A stretch of 32,000 nt of DNA, taken from Mycobacterium tuberculosis H37Rv (GTDB lineage: Bacteria > Actinomycetota > Actinomycetes > Mycobacteriales > Mycobacteriaceae). A program made the translations under genes and the position numbers. Position 1 is the stretch's first letter; the number at the start of each line of letters is the position of its first letter. The notes beneath the pieces were generated by a model. It ran no database searches. It was not told where the DNA came from and saw only the letters and a list, made by a program, of their open reading frames with translations. The stretch lies in NCBI RefSeq assembly GCF_000195955.2, contig NC_000962.3, forward strand, positions 3,120,001 through 3,152,000. Reading direction: 5' to 3'. Positions 16,353 to 25,171 of this stretch are shown here, piece after piece.

Positions 16353-16599
16353 CAGCCACGTCGGGTCGGCGCAACGGCGGGACGGTCTTCGGCGGCTGCC
16401 GCCGGGGCGGCAGGGCGTCCAGCAACCGCGTCGTCGTCGCGGTCACCTCGGCGACGGCGGCCTCAAACGCCTCGGCGGTGGCCGCCGACGGGTGCGTGAT
16501 GCCACTGACCTTGCGCACATACTGGCGCGCCGCCGCCGCGATCTCGACGGGCGTGGCCGGGGGTTGCAGCCCGCGCAGTTCGGTGATGTTGCGGCACAT
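16330..16599 (-). CDS. DUF2277-family small protein (89 aa)
   Basis: From memory, the N-terminus MCRNITELRGLQPPATPVEIAAAARQYVRKVSG matches the conserved MCRNI... start of DUF2277 proteins. ATG lies at 16599-16597. The rest of the 248-aa ORF-track entry (16330-17076) is antisense-frame read-through over vapC22. Confidence 0.7.
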   Translation of the reverse strand: MCRNITELRGLQPPATPVEIAAAARQYVRKVSGITHPSAATAEAFEAAVAEVTATTTRLLDALPPRRQPPKTVPPLRRPDVAARLAGSR

Positions 16600-16619
16600 G
16601 CCCTCAACGATAGGCGCGG

Positions 16620-17012
16620 CTACCAGACGGTGACCGGTCGTGGGTGCCGATGACTGCGTAGCCGCCGGTCCTTGGTCACCAGCCGCCAGCCGTGTTCGAT
16701 CGCGGTGGCGTAGATCAACCGGTCGGCCGGATCGCCGGGGAACGACGAGGGCAGCGCCACCGCCGTGGCGGCGACCGAGGGCGTGATACCGACGGTGCGA
16801 ACGTGCTCGGCCAGCTGCTGAAGCCAGGACAGCACCGGAATCGCCAGTTGGATGCGTTCCTGTTCGGCAAGCCAAGCCAGCTCGAACCACGAAATCGCGG
16901 CGACGGCGAGCTCGTCGGCGTGTTCGATGGCCTGGCTCGCCGCCATGCTGAGACGCTGCGGCTCGGCCGACCACCAGTAGGCCACATGCGAGTCGAGCAG
17001 CACCGTCGTCAT
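16620..17012 (-). CDS. vapC22: VapC-family PIN-domain ribonuclease toxin (130 aa)
   Basis: The PIN acidic residues sit in the usual context (VLLDSHV..., ...WFELAWL..., ...ATAIEHG..LVTKDRRL). ATG 17012 overlaps the vapB stop as ATGA (17009-17012). Confidence 0.88.
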   Translation of the reverse strand: MTTVLLDSHVAYWWSAEPQRLSMAASQAIEHADELAVAAISWFELAWLAEQERIQLAIPVLSWLQQLAEHVRTVGITPSVAATAVALPSSFPGDPADRLIYATAIEHGWRLVTKDRRLRSHRHPRPVTVW

Positions 17013-17224
17013 GAAACGTTCCACGAAACCCCGGTGGTGAAGAGTTCGTCGTCATCCGCGGCCGCCATCGCCACACCCGAGAATCGACCCTTCAGCGCGT
17101 GCGGCCCCGTCGCTGCCACCAGCCGGGCCACGGTGCGGCCGTGTTTGGTGATCTCGATCTCCTCGCCCTGGGCCACTTCATCAAGCAAGGAGAGGATCTT
17201 CGCCTTCACCTCCGTAGCGGTCAT
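17009..17224 (-). CDS. vapB22: VapB antitoxin, Phd/YefM-like (71 aa from ATG 17224; an alternative ATG lies at 17236)
   Basis: MTATEVKAKILSLLDEVAQGEEIEITKHGRTVARLV is a typical Phd/YefM antitoxin N-terminus. It is translationally coupled to the PIN toxin. Confidence 0.85.
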   Translation of the reverse strand: MTATEVKAKILSLLDEVAQGEEIEITKHGRTVARLVAATGPHALKGRFSGVAMAAADDDELFTTGVSWNVS

Positions 17225-17270
17225 TTTTCTGGTCATTAGGACAGTCTAACGGTCCTGTTACGGTGATCGA

Positions 17271-18020
17271 ATGACCGACGACATCCTGCTGATCGACACC
17301 GACGAACGGGTGCGAACCCTCACCCTCAACCGGCCGCAGTCCCGCAACGCGCTCTCGGCGGCGCTACGGGATCGGTTTTTCGCGGCGTTGGCCGACGCCG
17401 AGGCCGACGACGACATCGACGTCGTCATCCTCACCGGCGCCGATCCGGTGTTCTGCGCCGGACTGGACCTCAAGGAGCTGGCCGGGCAGACCGCGCTGCC
17501 GGACATCTCACCGCGGTGGCCGGCCATGACCAAGCCGGTGATCGGCGCGATCAACGGCGCCGCGGTCACCGGCGGGCTCGAACTGGCGCTGTACTGCGAC
17601 ATCCTGATCGCCTCCGAGCACGCCCGCTTCGCCGACACCCACGCCCGGGTGGGCCTGCTGCCCACCTGGGGACTCAGCGTGCGCTTGCCGCAAAAGGTCG
17701 GCATCGGCCTGGCCCGGCGGATGAGCCTGACCGGCGACTACCTGTCCGCGACCGACGCGTTGCGGGCCGGCCTGGTCACCGAGGTGGTGGCCCACGACCA
17801 GCTGCTGCCCACCGCCCGCCGGGTGGCGGCGTCGATCGTCGGCAACAACCAGAACGCGGTGCGGGCATTGCTGGCGTCCTACCACCGCATCGACGAGTCT
17901 CAGACCGCCGCCGGGCTGTGGCTGGAAGCCTGCGCGGCCAAGCAATTTCGCACTAGCGGCGATACCATCGCCGCCAACCGCGAAGCCGTGCTGCAGCGCG
18001 GCCGCGCGCAGGTGCGTTAG
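17271..18020 (+). CDS. echA16: Enoyl-CoA hydratase/isomerase (crotonase) family protein (249 aa)
   Basis: Crotonase-fold signatures: LTLNRPQSRNALS, FCAGLDLKE, PVIGAINGAAVTGGLELALYCD. Confidence 0.9.
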   Translation: MTDDILLIDTDERVRTLTLNRPQSRNALSAALRDRFFAALADAEADDDIDVVILTGADPVFCAGLDLKELAGQTALPDISPRWPAMTKPVIGAINGAAVTGGLELALYCDILIASEHARFADTHARVGLLPTWGLSVRLPQKVGIGLARRMSLTGDYLSATDALRAGLVTEVVAHDQLLPTARRVAASIVGNNQNAVRALLASYHRIDESQTAAGLWLEACAAKQFRTSGDTIAANREAVLQRGRAQVR

Positions 18021-18098
18021 CGGCGATCGCAAGCGCGGCGAAGCCGGGTGCTGGGGGTACCTCCCGCGTGCGGGGGACGGGTCGCCGCCATCAGCCCT

Positions 18099-19181
18099 TC
18101 AGCGAAGCCGGGTCTCGGTGCGGCTGTTGAAGAGGCGCACCTCCTGCGAGTGCGGCACGATCGCCAACGACTCACCCACCCGCACCGCGGTACGCCGGTC
18201 GGTGCGGAACACGATGCGCGGTGCGCGTGACGACCAGCCCCGCTGGTCGACCGGCGTTGCGTAGACGAAGGATTCGAAGCCGAGCTCCTCCACCAACTCG
18301 ACGTGCACGGTCAACGATCCCGGGGTGCCGATCGATGCCACGTCCCAGGACTCCGGCCGCACGCCGACCAGCACCCGCTCGGCCGCCGGGTCCGGAACCG
18401 GTATCGCCAAATCCGGTGCCCGCACCACACCGTGGGCGACGGCGGCGTCGATGAGGTTCATCGCCGGCGCGCCGATGAACGTGGCGACAAACGTGTTGAC
18501 CGGGTCGTCATACAGCGCCCTCGGCGTGTCAACCTGTTGCAGCACACCGTCTTTGAGCACCGCCACCCGGTCGCCCATCGTCATCGCCTCCACCTGATCG
18601 TGGGTGACGTAGACGGTGGTGGTGCCCAACCGACGCTGCAATCCGGAGATCTGTGAGCGGGTGCTCACCCGCAGCTTGGCGTCCAGATTCGACAGCGGCT
18701 CGTCCATGCAGAACACCCGGGGCCGGCGCACGATCGCCCGGCCCATCGCCACCCGCTGCCGCTGCCCGCCGGAGAGCTTGGCGGGCTTGCGGTCCAGCAG
18801 ATCCGTCAGCTCCAGCATGTCGGCGACTTCCAGCACCCGCCGGCGGGTGTCCGCGCGCGACATCCCGGCGTTTCGCAGCGCGAACCCCATGTTGGCGGCC
18901 ACCGTCATGTTCGGGTACAGCGCGTAGTTCTGGAACACCATCGCCACGTCACGCGCCCGCGGCGGCAGATGCGTCACATCCACGTCGCCGATGCTGATGC
19001 GCCCGCTCTCAATGGGTTCCAGCCCGGCCAGCACGCGCAGCGTGGTGGACTTGCCGCAACCGGACGGACCGACCAGAACCAGAAACTCCCCGTCGGCGAT
19101 GTCGAGGTCCAAGTTGTCGACGGTCGGCGCGTCGGCGCCGGGATAGCGCTGGGTGACAGCAGAGTACTGAACGTTAGCCAT
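18099..19181 (-). CDS. ugpC: ABC transporter ATP-binding subunit (sn-glycerol-3-phosphate / glycerophosphodiester importer)
   Basis: Walker A GPSGCGKST, ABC signature LSGGQRQR, Walker B VFCMDEPLS, and a MalK-like C-terminal regulatory domain. Confidence 0.93.
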   Translation of the reverse strand: MANVQYSAVTQRYPGADAPTVDNLDLDIADGEFLVLVGPSGCGKSTTLRVLAGLEPIESGRISIGDVDVTHLPPRARDVAMVFQNYALYPNMTVAANMGFALRNAGMSRADTRRRVLEVADMLELTDLLDRKPAKLSGGQRQRVAMGRAIVRRPRVFCMDEPLSNLDAKLRVSTRSQISGLQRRLGTTTVYVTHDQVEAMTMGDRVAVLKDGVLQQVDTPRALYDDPVNTFVATFIGAPAMNLIDAAVAHGVVRAPDLAIPVPDPAAERVLVGVRPESWDVASIGTPGSLTVHVELVEELGFESFVYATPVDQRGWSSRAPRIVFRTDRRTAVRVGESLAIVPHSQEVRLFNSRTETRLR

Positions 19182-20484
19182 GCCCCGCCAGCTTCCGCAT
19201 GATCTGCCGATCCAGGATGACCTGCAACCGTTTTTGGATGTTCGTGAAGGTCTTGGTCACGTCGGCTCCGCGCAGCCCGATGGATTCCAGGCCGGCGGAG
19301 ATGATCCGGTCACCACCGGGCAGGAAAACCCGTGCGTAGTCTTGTGTCCGGGTGTGTGGCAGCTGGTCGAGCGCCACCCGCGCACGGGGATTGTCCGCCA
19401 GATAGTGCCGTTCGCTGGCATCGTCGACGGCGGACTTGCGCACCGGCAGATAGCCGGTTTGCTGGCTGAAGTAGGCGGTGTTCGTCGGGTTGGTGACGAA
19501 TGCGATGAACTTGAGCGCGTTGACTTTTCGCTCCTCGGAGAGCTTGGCCGGTATCGCCAGCCCCGCACCGCCCGTCGGACAGGCGGGCGCTGCGTCCGGG
19601 CCCGTGGGCAGCGGTGCGGCGCCGAAGTCGAATCGGGCAGATGCGGTGATGCCGGCCAGCGAGCCGGTGGATGCCACGGCCGAGGCCAGGATTCCGGTGG
19701 CGAACTCGTTGGCAATATCGTTGGCGACCGCCGCATAACCCTTGCCATGGATGGAGTTCCGATAGAAGTTGCCGGCCGCGATCGTGGCGGGCTCGGTCAA
19801 TGTCAATGTCCACTTGTCGGAGTAGGCACCGCCGAATGCCCAGTTCGGTCCCTGAAACGTCCACGAGATGAGGTCGGCGTTAGCCCAGCCGTGCGCCGAT
19901 CGACCGGCGCCGACCACGCGCTGTAACTCCGGACCCCACTCGTCGAACTCTGACCAGGATTGCGGTCCGCGGTCGGGTAGGCCGGCCTGTTGCCACGCCG
20001 CCTTGTTGTAGTAGAACAGCGGCGTCGAGCGAGCATACGGCACAGCGTAATGGCGGCCGTTGAACTCATAGTCGGCCAGCAGCGAATCGACGTAATCCGT
20101 TGTGTCCACCCCAACTTGGCCGAACAGGTCGTCAAGGGCAGTGAGAACACCGCTGAGGGCGAAATGGAACCACCATCGGTCGTCGAGCAAAACGACGTCG
20201 GGCACGTCGGTTCCGATGAGCGCCGCATTGAATTTCTGTGCCACCTCGTCGTAGTCCTTGCCGGCGTCGATCAGCTTGACCGACAGAGTGGGGAATCGGT
20301 CCTGGAAACGACCGATCAGCTCCCGTTCCGCCGCGCTGGATTGGCCGGGATGACTGGACCAGAAGTCGATTGGGCCGGAACCGGACTTCACCGAACCGCC
20401 GCCGCCCATCCCGGCGCAGCCGGCGGTCACGCCGGCGGCGGCAGCGGCCAGCGCGAGGAATTGTCGGCGGTTCAGCGGGTCCAT
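19174..20484 (-). CDS. ugpB: Periplasmic-type substrate-binding lipoprotein of the Ugp ABC transporter (436 aa from ATG 20484)
   Basis: The N-terminus MDPLNRRQFLALAAAAAGVTAGCAG has a twin-arginine motif plus a lipobox Cys, followed by a family-1 SBP body. The upstream part of the 667-aa ORF overlaps ugpE and is not coding. Confidence 0.9.
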   Translation of the reverse strand: MDPLNRRQFLALAAAAAGVTAGCAGMGGGGSVKSGSGPIDFWSSHPGQSSAAERELIGRFQDRFPTLSVKLIDAGKDYDEVAQKFNAALIGTDVPDVVLLDDRWWFHFALSGVLTALDDLFGQVGVDTTDYVDSLLADYEFNGRHYAVPYARSTPLFYYNKAAWQQAGLPDRGPQSWSEFDEWGPELQRVVGAGRSAHGWANADLISWTFQGPNWAFGGAYSDKWTLTLTEPATIAAGNFYRNSIHGKGYAAVANDIANEFATGILASAVASTGSLAGITASARFDFGAAPLPTGPDAAPACPTGGAGLAIPAKLSEERKVNALKFIAFVTNPTNTAYFSQQTGYLPVRKSAVDDASERHYLADNPRARVALDQLPHTRTQDYARVFLPGGDRIISAGLESIGLRGADVTKTFTNIQKRLQVILDRQIMRKLAGHG

Positions 20485-20486
20485 GC

Positions 20487-21314
20487 CTATCCCTTGACCG
20501 CGCCCGAGGTGAGGCCCTTTATCATCTGCCGCTGCAAGGCGATGAAGACCAGCAAGATCGGCAGCATCGCCAACAGCGTCACCGCCATCACCGGGCCCCA
20601 GTTCGTCACACCCTCGGCCTGCTGCAGAAACGTCAGACCTATCGGCAGTGGTGCCACCGATTCGTCGTCGGACATCAGGAACGGCCACAGGTATTCGTTC
20701 CATTCGTTGACCACGGTGATGACACCGACGGCGACCATGGTGGGCCGCGACATCGGCAACACCACCCGCAGCAGCAGTTGCCACCACCGCGCGCCGTCCA
20801 TCCGGGCCGCCTCGATGATCTCGGCGGGCAGCGACAGAAAGTGGTTGCGCATCAAGAAGGTTCCAAACGCCACCCCCGCCAGAGGCAGGATGATGCCGGC
20901 AAAGGTGTTGCGCAGGCCCAGGTGTGAGATCAGCGCGTAGTTGGAAATCACGGTGATCTGGTTGGGCACCATCAACGCGGCGATGATCACCAAAAACACC
21001 GCCGTGCGGCCCGGGAACCGGACAAACACCAAGCCAAAGGCGCTGAGCACACCGAGCGTGAACTTCACCACCGCCAGCACCGACGTGATGATCAGCGAGT
21101 TGCGCAGAAACGTCCAGAACGGAATCTGCTCGGTGGCCGTGCGGTAGTTCTGCGGGTACCAGCGCAGCGGCCACCAACTGGTGGGCTGCGCATAGATGTC
21201 GGGCTGATCCTTGAACGAGGTGAAGAACACGAACAGCAACGGCCCGGCAATCAGCGTGACCACCAGCAACATGGCCGCGTAGCCAACGCTGCTACGGAGC
21301 CGATCCGGCGTCAC
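20487..21314 (-). CDS. ugpE: ABC transporter permease (275 aa, GTG start)
   Basis: MalG-type permease with the EAA loop (IIEAARMDGARWWQLLLRVVLP). GTG 21314 overlaps the ugpA stop as GTGA. Confidence 0.9.
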   Translation of the reverse strand: MTPDRLRSSVGYAAMLLVVTLIAGPLLFVFFTSFKDQPDIYAQPTSWWPLRWYPQNYRTATEQIPFWTFLRNSLIITSVLAVVKFTLGVLSAFGLVFVRFPGRTAVFLVIIAALMVPNQITVISNYALISHLGLRNTFAGIILPLAGVAFGTFLMRNHFLSLPAEIIEAARMDGARWWQLLLRVVLPMSRPTMVAVGVITVVNEWNEYLWPFLMSDDESVAPLPIGLTFLQQAEGVTNWGPVMAVTLLAMLPILLVFIALQRQMIKGLTSGAVKG

Positions 21315-22222
21315 TGCCGCTGCCCCCGATCCATCACCCGCACCTGGTAGTACGTCACGGCCAGCAGCACCAGGAACATGATCGTGGCCACCGTGGCGCC
21401 ATAACCGGCCCGGAAATTGCGGAACGTCTCCACATACACCTGGTACACCATGGTGGTGGTGCCGGTGCCCTCCGGCCCGCCCCGGGTCATCACGTTGATC
21501 ACATCGAACACCTGCAGCGAGTTGATCAGCACGGTGATCGACAAGAAAAACGTGGTCGGCCGCAGCTGCGGCAACAGCACTCGACGGAACACGGCCCACC
21601 GGCTGGCGCCGTCGATTTCGGCCGCCTCCAACAGATCTCGGCGTACCCCCTGCAACGCGGCCAGATAGATCACGAAGGTATAGCCGAGGTTCTTCCAGAC
21701 GTAGGTGATGGTCACCATGAACAACGCCCAGCGCGCATCCTGGTAAAAGTCGGGCACCCCGACCCCGATCCGGCGCAACAGGTCTTGAATCAGACCGAAA
21801 TGCGGGTCGAAGACGAACTGGGCGGCCAGGCCGACAGCGGCACCGGAGATCACGAACGGCGCGAAAACAGTGGAGCGCACCAGGTTTCGTCCACGCAACG
21901 GTCGATCGAGCAGCATCGCCAGCGCCAACCCCAGCACCATCGAGCCGACCACCGCGGCACCGGTGAAAACCGCCGTGTTGAACACGATCTGGCGGGTGTC
22001 CGACCGGGTGAACCACTCGGTGTAGTTGGATAACCCCACAAATCGGGCCGACGGATCGGAGACGTTCCAGTCGAAGAACGACAGCCGGATGTTGTCGGCC
22101 AACGGGCGATAGACGAACAGCAGCAATAGCGCCACATTGGGGCCGACCAACACGACGAACAGCGCATAATCGCGCACGCGCTCTTTCGATGACCGAAGCC
22201 GTGCTCGTTGCGGCGCCGCCAT
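21311..22222 (-). CDS. ugpA: ABC transporter permease (303 aa from ATG 22222)
   Basis: MalF-type permease with the EAA loop (LLEAAEIDGASRWAVFRRVLLPQL). A hydrophobic multi-TM pattern begins shortly after MAAPQRARLRSS. Confidence 0.9.
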   Translation of the reverse strand: MAAPQRARLRSSKERVRDYALFVVLVGPNVALLLLFVYRPLADNIRLSFFDWNVSDPSARFVGLSNYTEWFTRSDTRQIVFNTAVFTGAAVVGSMVLGLALAMLLDRPLRGRNLVRSTVFAPFVISGAAVGLAAQFVFDPHFGLIQDLLRRIGVGVPDFYQDARWALFMVTITYVWKNLGYTFVIYLAALQGVRRDLLEAAEIDGASRWAVFRRVLLPQLRPTTFFLSITVLINSLQVFDVINVMTRGGPEGTGTTTMVYQVYVETFRNFRAGYGATVATIMFLVLLAVTYYQVRVMDRGQRQ

Positions 22223-22308
22223 CGGCGCAGTGTAGCTCCGTATTCTGTCGGCGAGTTTGCCGCCACGGTCGATGAACCAATCACCGCCGTCACGGCAATG
22301 TCGGCCAG

Positions 22309-23628
22309 CTACGCCGCGCCCGTCACCGCCCACCGACCGCTGTACGCCCGCCATCCGACGAATATCAGCCGCAGCACGATAAACGTGCCCAGTCCCGACC
22401 AGATACCCGCCAGCCCCCAGCCATACGCCAGCGACAACCAGACAAGCGGCAAAAAGCCCACCAACGCACTCGCCACCGTCGCCGTCCGCATGAACGCGGC
22501 GTCGCCCGCGCCCAGCAGCACCCCGTCAACTGCGAAAACAATTCCCGCAAAAGGCAATTGGACTACCATGAACCACCACGGCACCCCGATCGCGGCGAGT
22601 ACCGATCGATCGTCGGTGAATAGCCCGGGCAGCACCGAGGAGCCTAGCCCTAACGCCGCTGCCAAAATTCCCGCCGCCAACAGCGAAAACGCCGTCACCC
22701 GCCATGCCACCGCCTTAGCGTGCCCGGCATCACCGGCACCCAACGCGGCACCGACCAGCGACTGCGCCGCAATCGCTAGCGAATCAAGAACCAGCGCAAG
22801 AAGACCCCACAACTGCAACACGACCTGGTGGGCCGCGAGCGCGGCAGCGCCGAACCTCGCGGCCACCGCCGCAGCCGAGACATAACAAACTTGGAAGGCC
22901 AGGGTCCGCACGATCAGGTCCCGCGCCATCATCAGCTGGGCGCCCAGCACGGCGCGGTCCGGCCGCAGCGACACCCGCTCGGCCAGTAACGCACCGGCAA
23001 ACAGCAGCGCCGCCAGCCACTGCCCCACCAGATTGGCCACCGCCGAGCCGGTTAACCCCCAGCGGGGCAACCCCAGCCAACCGTAAACCAGCAGCGGGCA
23101 CAGCAGAGCCGACGACCCGAAGCCGGCGACCACATACCGCAGCGGTCGCACGGTGTCCTGCACGCCGCGCAGCCAGCCGTTGCCGGCGAGCGAGACCAGG
23201 ATCGCCGGCGTGCCCAGGATCGCGATCCGCAGCCACGGCAAGGCCGCCGCGGTGATGCCATCGCCAGAAGCGATCGCCGACACCAGCGGCGTCGCGGTGG
23301 CTTCCACCACGACGACGACCAACGCGCCCAGACCCAACGCCAACCAGGTCGCCTGTACACCTTCGGTGACCGCGGCCACCCGGTTGCCGGCACCGTAACG
23401 ACGCGCCGCGCGCGCTGTGGTGCCGTAGGACAAAAACGTCGCCTGGGAACCAACCAGGCCGAGCACCAGACTGCCGATAGCCAGACCCGCCAGCGATATC
23501 GCCCCCAGCCGGCCCACCACGGCGATGTCGAACAGCAGGTACAGCGGCTCGGCGGCCAGCACGCCCAGCGCGGGCAACGCCAGCTGCGCGATCTGACGGC
23601 CGCCCGCGCGGTGCCCCACCTGGCTCAA
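22309..23628 (-). CDS. dinF: MATE-family efflux protein, DinF-like (439 aa)
   Basis: Twelve-TM-like, Ala/Leu/Gly-rich sequence with the MATE N-terminal pattern (IAQLALPALGVLAAEPLYLLFDIAVVGRLG). Confidence 0.85.
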   Translation of the reverse strand: MSQVGHRAGGRQIAQLALPALGVLAAEPLYLLFDIAVVGRLGAISLAGLAIGSLVLGLVGSQATFLSYGTTARAARRYGAGNRVAAVTEGVQATWLALGLGALVVVVVEATATPLVSAIASGDGITAAALPWLRIAILGTPAILVSLAGNGWLRGVQDTVRPLRYVVAGFGSSALLCPLLVYGWLGLPRWGLTGSAVANLVGQWLAALLFAGALLAERVSLRPDRAVLGAQLMMARDLIVRTLAFQVCYVSAAAVAARFGAAALAAHQVVLQLWGLLALVLDSLAIAAQSLVGAALGAGDAGHAKAVAWRVTAFSLLAAGILAAALGLGSSVLPGLFTDDRSVLAAIGVPWWFMVVQLPFAGIVFAVDGVLLGAGDAAFMRTATVASALVGFLPLVWLSLAYGWGLAGIWSGLGTFIVLRLIFVGWRAYSGRWAVTGAA

Positions 23629-23634
23629 CGGCGG

Positions 23635-25170
<1,536 letters not shown>

Positions 25171-25171
<1 letters not shown>

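Noticed and set aside
18038-18113. A 12-nt direct repeat GCGAAGCCGGGT at 18038-18049 and 18102-18113, plus a 7-bp inverted pair GCGGCGA/TCGCCGC (18020-26 / 18082-88), in the convergent echA16/ugpC gap
   Set aside because: These are short GC-rich matches. One copy lies inside the ugpC coding sequence. I could not fold a convincing terminator hairpin, because the stems are short or the loops are 2 nt, so no feature was called.
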